A DNA stretch of 10,748 nucleotides from Candidatus Aenigmatarchaeota archaeon (GCA_039000165.1 JAWBTW010000021.1:1-10748), one strand, 5' to 3'. Positions 1-7,271 are shown, numbered from the stretch's first letter. Notes: generated from the sequence alone by a model not told the origin. A program made the numbers and translations.

Positions 1-381
1 TTTTACGTTTGTCCTGTTTGTAACGAAACAATAGAGGAAAACAAGTGTGAAGAGCATGGTGAAGTAGAAGCAGTTCCAGAGCTTGTGATTTCTTGCATTC
101 TTGACGATGGTACTTCAACTATAAGAACAGTTTTTTTCAGGGATAATGCAGAAAAGCTTTTAGGTTTAAGCGCAAAAGAGCTTCAAAATTCAGAAGAAAG
201 TTTTAGAACAGTTGAGGAAAAACTTTTAGGAAAGGAGCTTATAATAAGAGGAAGGATAAAGAAGAATAAAATTTTTGACAGGCTTGAGTTAATAGTTAAC
301 GATTTTGAAGAATTGAATGTTGAGCAAGAAATTAAAAGCTTGATTGAAAAAATAAATTTACCACTCGAGGAAGTAAGATAG
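1..381 (+). CDS. rpa: Replication protein A large subunit (zinc finger plus C-terminal OB fold), 5'-truncated by the window edge
   Basis: Frame 1 is open from base 1 (FYVCPVCNETIEENKCEEHGEVEAVPELVISCILDDGTSTIRTVFF), giving a CxxC...CxxH zinc motif followed by LDDGT..IR..FF, typical of euryarchaeal-type RPA. It lies next to radA. The ORF-track start at 85 is internal. Confidence 0.85.
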   Translation, partial: FYVCPVCNETIEENKCEEHGEVEAVPELVISCILDDGTSTIRTVFFRDNAEKLLGLSAKELQNSEESFRTVEEKLLGKELIIRGRIKKNKIFDRLELIVNDFEELNVEQEIKSLIEKINLPLEEVR

Positions 382-398
382 GAGAATATATTTAAATA
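382..398 (+). promoter_or_regulatory. Probable BRE/TATA promoter of radA
   Basis: Purine-rich GAGAA followed by TTTAAATA (391-398). Standard archaeal spacing puts the transcription start near 422, which favours ATG 427 over ATG 415 as the start codon. Confidence 0.55.
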
Positions 399-414
399 TA
401 AGAAGAAAAGAAAT

Positions 415-2598
415 ATGGGAAAAAGAATGAAGAAAGAAATCAAGCTTGAGGATATTCCTGGAGTTGGAGAGAAAATAGCTCAAAAGCTAAAAGAAGTAGG
501 TTATGTTGACCCTATGGTTATTGCTGTAACTTCTCCTTCTGAGCTTGCAAGAATAGCAGAAATTGGTGAGGGTCAAGCTGCAAAAATAATAAACGCAGTA
601 AGACAAATGCTCGATATTGGTTTTGAGTCTGCTGACAAAATTCTTGAAAGAAAGGAAAAGGCTTTAAGAATAACAACAGGAAGCAAGAATCTTGACAATT
701 TATTAGGAGGAGGAATTCAAACTCAAGCCATAACAGAAACGTACGGGGCTTATGGATGTTTGGTAGGAAATACTAAAATAACTCTAGGTGATGGTAGAAT
801 TGTACCAATTTCCTCCATCGCTAAGAATCTTCCTGAAGGAGTATATCCTATAAGGCTGCCTATTTTAACTTTAAATGGGTCTGTCAAACCAACGATTGCT
901 ACAAAATTACATGTGTATTCTTGCGAGAAAGTTTTGAAAATTTTGTTTGAGAATGGCATTACTTTATCGGTAACTCCAAATCATCCTCTTTTAACTCCTT
1001 TTGGTTGGAAAAATGCAGAAGATATGCATGTTGGTGATGCTGTATTGATGGTTTCAGACTGTATATTTCCAAAAGAATACGTTAGGCTAAACACTCAAAT
1101 TAAACTTGCTAAGAATACTCCAATAAGTAAGTTATCTAAACCAAAGTTGCCATCCTTTTTAACTCCAGAACTTGCAGAAATTTTAGGTTTTATAATCTCG
1201 GAAGGATGGAAAGAAACGCAAAGCAAAACCAATACAATTTCTAGAGTTTCTATTGTCAATAAAAACAAGGATATTATCGAAAGGTTTGAGTACTTGGTTA
1301 AGTCTGTTTTTGGTATAAATGCGAGTAGAAGAAAGGCTGAAGAAAAAGTAAAAATAGTTGATATAAACTCTGTTGTGGTGGGAGAGTTTCTAAGGCAATT
1401 TGAAGGAATTTTTAATCGTTCTTCAGAAAAACACGTGCCTGAGCAAATTTTTCAATCACCAAAAGATGTGATAGCAAGATTTTTATCAGCCTTGTTTGAC
1501 GGTGAAGGTAGTGTAGTATTGGATATGAGAGAGAGAACAAGAAAACATATAAGATTTTGTAAAGAAGGTATAAAATCTTACATTTATACCTTACCAGCCT
1601 ATTCAAGGGCAGTTAGTCTTAGAAGTTCTAGCTGTAGGTTGATAGAGGATGTGCAACTCCTTTTAGCTAAGTTCGGCATTTTTTCACGTATAAACAAAGA
1701 AAAAACTAAAAGGAACGGTAAAGAAGTAACTTATTTAAGACTATGTATTAGGGATAGAAACTCCATAATTCGTTTCTTGGAAGAGATCGGAAAGTTTTCG
1801 GTAAGGTTAAAGGATAGAATAATTGAAGTTGTAAAAAGCTATAAAAGAGAAAGAAATCTTCCATGTTCTAACTATCTTAAAGTGGTTAACATTTCTGAAA
1901 TTTCTACTCCCGACGGAAAGGTCTATGATCTAGAAGTGCCAGGAACACACAATTTTATCGCAAACAGTTTAGTTTCTCATAACTCAGGAAAGACACAACT
2001 AGGTTTTCAGCTTGCGGTTAACGTTCAGCTTCCTGAAGAAAAAGGTGGACTTAAAAGAAGTTGTTTGTGGATAGACACAGAAAATACCTTTTCGCCTTCT
2101 AGAATTTTAAACATAGCAAAAGCAGTAAAGCTTGAACCACAAGAAACACTTAAAAACATTTTCGTTGCTAGAGCTTTTAATGCAGAACATCAAATGCTTT
2201 TAGTAGAAAAGGCTAACGAGATAATAGAAGAGAAAGACATTGGTTTAATAGTCCTAGATTCTCTTACCAGTCATTTTAGAGCAGAATTCATAGGAAGAGG
2301 AGAACTTGCTGAAAGACAGCAAAAGCTAAACAAACATTTACATCATTTACAAAAGCTTGCCGATGCTTACAATTTAGCAGTTTATATTACAAATCAGGTA
2401 ATGGCAAGACCAGATGTTTTGTTTGGCGACCCAACAGCTCCTGTAGGAGGCAATGTGCTTGCGCATATGTCGACCTACAGAATTTACTTGAGAAGAGGAA
2501 AGGAAGGAACAAGGATTGCTAGATTAGTAGATGCTCCTGATTTACCAGAAGGAGAATGTGTTTTTAAAATTACAGAAAATGGTTTAAAAGACCCTTAA
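415..2598 (+). CDS. radA: DNA repair and recombination protein RadA precursor containing an intein (spliced product 318 aa from ATG 415; the true start may be 427)
   Basis: N-terminal HhH motif (LEDIPGVG), [15 protein letters not shown], Walker A split as YGAYG|SGKT, IDTENTF, Walker [36 protein letters not shown]. Confidence 0.97.
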   Translation: MGKRMKKEIKLEDIPGVGEKIAQKLKEVGYVDPMVIAVTSPSELARIAEIGEGQAAKIINAVRQMLDIGFESADKILERKEKALRITTGSKNLDNLLGGGIQTQAITETYGAYGCLVGNTKITLGDGRIVPISSIAKNLPEGVYPIRLPILTLNGSVKPTIATKLHVYSCEKVLKILFENGITLSVTPNHPLLTPFGWKNAEDMHVGDAVLMVSDCIFPKEYVRLNTQIKLAKNTPISKLSKPKLPSFLTPELAEILGFIISEGWKETQSKTNTISRVSIVNKNKDIIERFEYLVKSVFGINASRRKAEEKVKIVDINSVVVGEFLRQFEGIFNRSSEKHVPEQIFQSPKDVIARFLSALFDGEGSVVLDMRERTRKHIRFCKEGIKSYIYTLPAYSRAVSLRSSSCRLIEDVQLLLAKFGIFSRINKEKTKRNGKEVTYLRLCIRDRNSIIRFLEEIGKFSVRLKDRIIEVVKSYKRERNLPCSNYLKVVNISEISTPDGKVYDLEVPGTHNFIANSLVSHNSGKTQLGFQLAVNVQLPEEKGGLKRSCLWIDTENTFSPSRILNIAKAVKLEPQETLKNIFVARAFNAEHQMLLVEKANEIIEEKDIGLIVLDSLTSHFRAEFIGRGELAERQQKLNKHLHHLQKLADAYNLAVYITNQVMARPDVLFGDPTAPVGGNVLAHMSTYRIYLRRGKEGTRIARLVDAPDLPEGECVFKITENGLKDP
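757..1983 (+). mobile_element. Intein (409 aa) with LAGLIDADG homing endonuclease
   Basis: Block A CLVGNT (Cys1, TGT at 757), block [18 protein letters not shown]-like motifs [12 protein letters not shown] (1171-1206) and [10 protein letters not shown] (1480-1509), block H-like [14 protein letters not shown], block [16 protein letters not shown], block G VSHN ending at 1983, and Ser at +1. Removing it restores GAYGSGKT. Confidence 0.97.
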
Positions 2599-2607
2599 GC
2601 TGATTCT

Positions 2608-3249
2608 ATGGAAATTATTTATAAAGGGGCAGAGGCAATTCTTTATCTTGATTTTTTGGAAGGAAAAAAGGTTATAGTTAAGGAAAGAATAGAGAAAAAG
2701 TACAGAATCGAAGAGATAGACAAAAAATTGAGAAAATTAAGGACAAGGAAAGAAGTCAGTCTTTTGAGAGAAGCAAGAAGTATAGGAGTAGCAACTCCAC
2801 AAGTTCTTTTTGTTGACGAGGAAAATCACAAGATAATAATGGAATTTATAGAAGGAGTAAGGCTTAAAGAGTTTTTAAACTCAGCAAGAAAAGAGGAAAT
2901 AGAAAAGGTTTGCTTTGAGGTCGGGAAAGCAATAGGCAAGCTGCATTCTTCTGGGATCGTTCACGGCGATTTAACAACAAGCAACATGATTTTAAAAGAT
3001 GATAAAATTTATTTTTTAGACTTTAGCCTAGGGGATTTCTCTAAAAGAATAGAAGATTTTGGTGTTGACTTAAACTTGCTTTATGAAGCTATAAAATCAG
3101 CTCATTTTAAAGTTTTAAAGCTTTGCTGGGATAATATAGTTAAAGGTTATAAAAAAGAATATAAGGATGCAGAAAAAGTTTTAAAAAAGGTTGAGGAAAT
3201 TGAAAGGCGTGCAAGATATATGGAAAGAAAAAATAAAGGGAAAGAGTAG
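2608..3249 (+). CDS. bud32: KEOPS complex kinase/ATPase Bud32 (stand-alone)
   Basis: KGAEA, VKER..KKYR...D..LR..RT..E, HGDLTTSN catalytic loop, DFSL (DFG variant), EDFGVDL and the C-terminal R-x-R-Y tail; 213 aa. Confidence 0.93.
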   Translation: MEIIYKGAEAILYLDFLEGKKVIVKERIEKKYRIEEIDKKLRKLRTRKEVSLLREARSIGVATPQVLFVDEENHKIIMEFIEGVRLKEFLNSARKEEIEKVCFEVGKAIGKLHSSGIVHGDLTTSNMILKDDKIYFLDFSLGDFSKRIEDFGVDLNLLYEAIKSAHFKVLKLCWDNIVKGYKKEYKDAEKVLKKVEEIERRARYMERKNKGKE

Positions 3250-3430
3250 AATCGAAACTGCAGAGAATGTTTCCATATTGTTAATATTTTTAGGGGCAAT
3301 TTTCTTTAGCTTAGGTGTAGGCCTAACAATAGTTTCACCTCAAGGTTTGCCTGCAATTCTAGCTATGATAGGAGCATCTTTAAGCTTCCTTTCAACTGTA
3401 GTTTTAATTTTAATTTGGGTATTTAAGTGA
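3191..3430 (+). CDS. Small membrane protein with two predicted transmembrane helices; start codon uncertain
   Basis: Fills the bud32-rps15 gap. Two hydrophobic stretches ([46 protein letters not shown]). There is no ATG before the first helix; TTG 3191 overlaps bud32 by 59 nt. Confidence 0.6.
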   Translation: MRKLKGVQDIWKEKIKGKSRIETAENVSILLIFLGAIFFSLGVGLTIVSPQGLPAILAMIGASLSFLSTVVLILIWVFK

Positions 3431-3435
3431 TTCTT

Positions 3436-3861
3436 ATGGCTTCAAAACGATTGCCAGTAAGGTTCGTTCCGAAATGGGTAAAGCTAAAGAAGGATGAGGT
3501 TGAAGACTTAGTCGTAAAACTTGCAAAAGAAGGAAACACTTCGGCAAAAATAGGTTTGATTTTGAGAGATAGCTACGGGATTCCAGATGTTAAGGCAATA
3601 ACCGGAAAAACTATAACCCAAATAATGAAAGAGCACAACGTTTATCCTTCATATCCAGAAGACTTGCTAAGTCTTTTTAAAAAAGCGGTAAGGCTTAGAG
3701 AGCATTTGGAAAAAAATAAAGCTGACAAGCATTCCTTAAGAGGTTTGCAACTTCTAGAATCAAAAATAAGAAAGTTGGCAAAATATTACATAAGAAAAGG
3801 AATTTTACCAAAAGATTGGAAGTATTCACCTGAAGAAGCAAAACTTTTAGTGCAAAAGTGA
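3436..3861 (+). CDS. rps15: 30S ribosomal protein uS15 (S15P/S13e)
   Basis: PKW...[13 protein letters not shown]...[46 protein letters not shown] 3436 is preceded by an SD-like GTGAT (3427-3431); the ORF track starts at GTG 3427. Confidence 0.96.
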   Translation: MASKRLPVRFVPKWVKLKKDEVEDLVVKLAKEGNTSAKIGLILRDSYGIPDVKAITGKTITQIMKEHNVYPSYPEDLLSLFKKAVRLREHLEKNKADKHSLRGLQLLESKIRKLAKYYIRKGILPKDWKYSPEEAKLLVQK

Positions 3862-3865
3862 TAGT

Positions 3866-5230
3866 TTGTTTTTAGAAAATGTTGAGAAGTTTTCTAGAGT
3901 CTTCAAAGGAATAATAAAAGAAAAAAACGTAGCGGTAATTTCTCATTTAGATTGTGACGGTATAACTTCTACTTCCATAATAACTAAAATGCTTTTAAGG
4001 GAAAAGAAAAACTTTCAGTTGAGAATAGTTAAACAACTTACAAGCAAGGAAATAGAAAAGATAGATTTCAACGAAAAGACTGTCTTAGTTTTTCTTGATT
4101 TAGGAAGCGGACAACTAGATTTGTTAAGGAAAATTTTAGATAAAACTCAAGTTTTTGTTTTAGATCATCATCAGCCAAAAGATTTTACTCATTTAAACCT
4201 TTTCCACCTCAACCCAATACTTTTTGGCGAAGAAGAAGTTTCAAGTTCGATAGTTTCATACTTTTTTGCAAAATTTTTCGACATAAGAAATTCTGAACTT
4301 ATAGATTTAGCAATAGTTGGGGCGATTGGTGATATGATTGACGAGAAATGGGAACTAAAGGGCTTAGCAAAAAAAGTTTTGGAAGAAGCAGAACTTCTTG
4401 GGAAGATAAAGGTAACAAAAGGGTTAAGGCTTTACGGAAGAAACACTAGGCCAATTCATAAAGCTTTGGAGCTTTCTTTTGACCCTTATATCCCTGGGAT
4501 AAGCGGTTCAGAGTCTAATGCTGTTCAACTTTTGTCTGAAATTGGTATTCCATTGAAAGAAAACGGGAAGTGGAGAAAACTTAAAGATTTAACCTTAGAA
4601 GAACAAAAGAAGCTTGCTTCTGCGATTCTCGCAGAAAGGCTGAAGTTAGAAAACACTGAAGACATTTTCGGCGAGATTTATACTTTAACGGAGAGACCAG
4701 AAGAAATTCAAGATGCAAGAGAATTTGCAACTCTAATAAACGCTTGTGGAAGGTTAGGAAAGGCAGATATTGCGATAAAAGTTTGTTTAAAAGATAAAAA
4801 AGCCTTGGGGGAAGCCTTAAAAATATTTGAAGAATACAGGAAAGAAGTAAGTAGAATTTTAAATTGGATAAAAGAGGAGAATCCAATAGTTAAAGGAAAG
4901 TATGCCAATTATTTGATAGCAAAAGATAAAGTTCCAGACACTCTTATAGGCACAATTACTTCAATTCTTTTAAATTCATCGCTCGTCGAAACCAAGCCTT
5001 TGTTTGGCTTGGCTTATTCGGAAGACCAAGTAAAGATTTCAGCAAGAGTACCCAAGCTTTTTAACTCGATAAACCTTAAAGAAATTATTAGAATCTCGAC
5101 TTCACAGCTTGGTGGCGAGGGTGGAGGTCACCAGAAAGCCGCAGGTGGAATGATACCGAAAGGAAAAGAAGAAAAATTTATAGAAACAATAGAAAAGTTA
5201 TTGGGTGAAAAGCTTGGTGAAAAAAGCTAA
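3866..5230 (+). CDS. gan: RecJ/Cdc45-like DHH-family nuclease, probably the GINS-associated nuclease GAN
   Basis: SHLDCDG, DLGSG, DHH, GAIGD, EFATLINACGR and DHHA1 motif GGGHQKAAG. Its position between rps15 and rps3ae matches the conserved archaeal GAN locus. TTG start after GTGAT. Confidence 0.88.
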   Translation: MFLENVEKFSRVFKGIIKEKNVAVISHLDCDGITSTSIITKMLLREKKNFQLRIVKQLTSKEIEKIDFNEKTVLVFLDLGSGQLDLLRKILDKTQVFVLDHHQPKDFTHLNLFHLNPILFGEEEVSSSIVSYFFAKFFDIRNSELIDLAIVGAIGDMIDEKWELKGLAKKVLEEAELLGKIKVTKGLRLYGRNTRPIHKALELSFDPYIPGISGSESNAVQLLSEIGIPLKENGKWRKLKDLTLEEQKKLASAILAERLKLENTEDIFGEIYTLTERPEEIQDAREFATLINACGRLGKADIAIKVCLKDKKALGEALKIFEEYRKEVSRILNWIKEENPIVKGKYANYLIAKDKVPDTLIGTITSILLNSSLVETKPLFGLAYSEDQVKISARVPKLFNSINLKEIIRISTSQLGGEGGGHQKAAGGMIPKGKEEKFIETIEKLLGEKLGEKS

Positions 5231-5768
5231 GGCGAAGCATTGGTTCACTATAATAGCACCAGACTACCTAGAAAATAAAGAAATAGGGAAAACTTTAGCA
5301 GAAGAGTCAAATTCTTTAATAGGAAGGAGAATAACGATTAACTTAGTGGAGCTAACTAACGATTTATCAAAATATTATATGAAGTTTACTTTCAAGATAA
5401 AGAGGGTTGAAGGGGATAAAGCTTTTGCAGATTTTGATGGTTCAGAATGTTTGCGCGATTACATTTCAAGAATGGTTTTGAGAAAGATAAGAAGGATAGA
5501 CACTGTTCAAGATCTAGTTACCAAAGATGGAGTAAAAATAAGGGTAAAAGGTTTAGCCATAGTTTCAAGGAAAATAAACAGCAAAACGAAAAAGTTAATG
5601 AGAAAAAGAATAAGCGAGATAATAAAAGAGGAAGTGGAAAAATCGAAGATTTCCGAGTTCGTTAAGAAACTCATAGACAATTCAATAAAAAACAGGATTA
5701 TGCAAGAAGCTAAGAAAATATACCCTATAAGGAATTTTGAGGTTAGAAAAACCGAAGTACTTTCATGA
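5205..5768 (+). CDS. rps3ae: 30S ribosomal protein eS1 (S3Ae); real start may be TTG 5214 or GTG 5217
   Basis: KHWFTIIAP, IGKT, LIGR, RDYI..MV......ID, TKDG..IRV, KIYPIRNFEVRKTEV. SD-like GGTGA at 5204-5208. Confidence 0.95.
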   Translation: MKSLVKKAKAKHWFTIIAPDYLENKEIGKTLAEESNSLIGRRITINLVELTNDLSKYYMKFTFKIKRVEGDKAFADFDGSECLRDYISRMVLRKIRRIDTVQDLVTKDGVKIRVKGLAIVSRKINSKTKKLMRKRISEIIKEEVEKSKISEFVKKLIDNSIKNRIMQEAKKIYPIRNFEVRKTEVLS

Positions 5769-6918
5769 TGTAAGGACCTATTATAGTAAATAAAACAAGT
5801 AGGGAAACTAATGTTGTGATCGAGATTACGATTTGGTCTGAATATTTTCTTGAAATTTTTTCGCTTAATGACTTAAGTATTAGGCCGCCGTCCAAAGGAT
5901 AAATTGGTAGAATGTTGAAAACAGCAACGGCATAATTTAAAATCCACATCCAGGTAAAAAGATTAGAAACAAAGTAAAAGCTTGCTTCGTCAAGCTTTGA
6001 GTCAATTCTTGCGGTTATTCCTATATAAGGTCTTGTTGTGTTGTTTTCCTTTTTTTCCTCAACTTTAACCTGAAAAACTCTTTCTTTTGTAGTTATGTTT
6101 ATCGTATCTCCAGGTTTAATTCCTTTAAAATATTTTGTAAAGTAGTCTGCTGTTAAAAAATCGTAATAGCTTATTCCTATTTTTTCGCTGTTGATTTCAG
6201 TTATCACCATTCCTGCTTCTAAACCCGCTATTCCAGCAGGGGCGCTTGAGTTTACTTCAACTATTTTCAAATAACCTGTGGTTATGCTAGGCCATATAAC
6301 ATTTGGAAGTAGTCCAATCCCTAAAAAAGGAGTAAAAATTATGGAAGCGACCAAAAGGTTTGCGAAACTACCAGCGCTAAATATTCTTAGCTTGGTTATA
6401 AGCTTCGATTTTTTTATTTCGTTTTCGTCAGGTTCTACAAAGGCTCCGGGCAAAACAAGAAGCAGTATTATTCCCATAGATTTTATCCTAATTTTTTCAA
6501 GTCTGCACATTATTCCATGAGCAATTTCATGGGGGAATAGAATTGTCGGTAAAATGATTATCCAGAAAAGAAAAGGCAAGCCTATAAAGCCAGGGCCAAA
6601 AACAGGGGTAGCACTTGGAACTGGCAAAACTAAACCTCCTAGGGATTCTTTTATTTGCCCGGAAATTATCATAAAAGATGCTAGGGCAATACCTCTTAAG
6701 CCATCAATCATCATTAAAAGACAAGAAACTATCGCAATCGTTCCTATTACTTTCCAGAATATTTTAAACCTAGAGATTTTGTCCAAAATTTTTAAACCTT
6801 TCTTGGTTTTTCTCAGAAGAATTATGTACTTAAATTCAATATTTTTTCTGTCAAAGTATACCCAAATTGCAAGTATGACAAAAAAGATTATCATAGAAGT
6901 TTGGTAAATGTCTAACAT
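5743..6918 (-). CDS. Site-2 protease (peptidase M50) with PDZ-like domain
   Basis: HEIAH zinc motif, GAFVEPD, AGSFAN, PDZ-like V...APA..AGL..G.VI..IN, NILPIYPLDGG and several transmembrane segments. Confidence 0.93.
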   Translation of the reverse strand: MLDIYQTSMIIFFVILAIWVYFDRKNIEFKYIILLRKTKKGLKILDKISRFKIFWKVIGTIAIVSCLLMMIDGLRGIALASFMIISGQIKESLGGLVLPVPSATPVFGPGFIGLPFLFWIIILPTILFPHEIAHGIMCRLEKIRIKSMGIILLLVLPGAFVEPDENEIKKSKLITKLRIFSAGSFANLLVASIIFTPFLGIGLLPNVIWPSITTGYLKIVEVNSSAPAGIAGLEAGMVITEINSEKIGISYYDFLTADYFTKYFKGIKPGDTINITTKERVFQVKVEEKKENNTTRPYIGITARIDSKLDEASFYFVSNLFTWMWILNYAVAVFNILPIYPLDGGLILKSLSEKISRKYSDQIVISITTLVSLLVLFTIIGPYIMKVLRFF

Positions 6919-6935
6919 TATATCATATTAGTTTT

Positions 6936-6975
6936 AAAAAAATAAAAAAGAAAAAGCTGCCTATAACCTAGGCAG
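6936..6975 (-). terminator. Hairpin plus U-tract terminator-like element
   Basis: The - strand reads CTGCCTA-GGTTA-TAGGCAG (perfect 7-bp stem, 6975-6957) then C-TTTTT-C-TTTTTT-A-TTTTTTT. The mini-ORF stop codon starts in the 5' arm of the stem. Confidence 0.65.
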
Positions 6976-7027
6976 GAGGAGTTGTTTGCTCCTCAGGTTT
7001 TGGTTCTTCCTTCTTTTTCTTTGCCAT
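6968..7027 (-). CDS. 19-codon mini-ORF MAKKKKEEPKPEEQTTPPA (small protein or leader peptide)
   Basis: AGGAGG (7040-7035) lies 7 nt upstream of ATG 7027, a TATA-like TTTATAT is at 7111-7105, and a terminator-like element follows the TAG. An in-frame ATG at 7054 would give 28 aa. Not in the ORF track. Confidence 0.55.
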   Translation of the reverse strand: MAKKKKEEPKPEEQTTPPA

Positions 7028-7104
7028 CTTCTCGCCTCCTAAGTGTTTTTTCATCCTTTTAAACCAAAGGAATCATCTATTATTGACAGCATGAAAAATC
7101 GAGG

Positions 7105-7180
7105 ATATAAAGTTAATCGATAAGTTTAAATAAAACTTCTATACGTTTTCTTCTTTTAAAGTTTTCGGTTAACTTTATAT
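7105..7180. repeat. 26-bp inverted repeat (23/26 matches) with a 24-bp spacer; each arm looks like an outward-facing BRE-TATA
   Basis: The reverse complement of 7105-7130 is TTTAAACTTATCGATTAACTTTATAT; 7155-7180 is TTTAAAGTTTTCGGTTAACTTTATAT. Confidence 0.8.
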
Positions 7181-7211
7181 TAATGGAAATGAATAATTTT
7201 TTTCTTTTTGG

Positions 7212-7227
7212 TGTTAGACGTCTAACA
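7212..7227. repeat. Perfect 16-bp palindrome TGTTAGACGTCTAACA (candidate operator)
   Basis: Equals its own reverse complement, is not low-complexity, and lies in non-coding DNA. Confidence 0.75.
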
Positions 7228-7271
7228 TTTTAAAATTTTAACAGACAGTATTTTTAACTAATAAATTAGAA

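Noticed and set aside
183..1606. Antisense ORFs 183-443, 750-959 and 1412-1606
   Set aside because: Shadows of rpa and radA with no recognisable motifs; their F/L/S-rich composition is expected antisense to A-rich genes.
3208..3250. Resemblance of ARYMERK..GKS to the missing uS15 N-terminus, suggesting a split uS15
   Set aside because: Weak K/R-rich similarity, needs a frameshift, and RARY is accounted for by the conserved Bud32 tail.
4581..6907. ORFs 4581-4886, 4708-4908, 5447-5665, 6278-6520 and 6554-6907
   Set aside because: Each lies fully within a confidently identified gene, on the opposite strand or in another frame, with no independent evidence.
6923..6970. Amber read-through or recoding of the mini-ORF TAG into the protease
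   Set aside because: Read-through reaches TGA after 14 codons and is out of frame with ATG 6918; there are no pyrrolysine genes in the window.
7181..7193. ATGGAAATGAA resembling half of an archaeal ORB origin box
   Set aside because: Lacks the TTCCA half and the G-string, occurs once, and there is no cdc6/orc1 gene in the window.
7183..7233. 16-codon + strand ORF MEMNNFFLFGVRRLTF
   Set aside because: No SD, starts 2 nt after the TATA-like box (upstream of the predicted transcription start), and is T-tract low complexity.
7230..7241. Palindrome TTAAAATTTTAA
   Set aside because: Pure A/T and expected by chance in this AT-rich spacer.
6919..7271. CRISPR array or tRNA-derived att site in the intergenic region
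   Set aside because: No regularly spaced direct repeats, no second copy of the tRNA 3' end, and no integrase or cas gene in the window.
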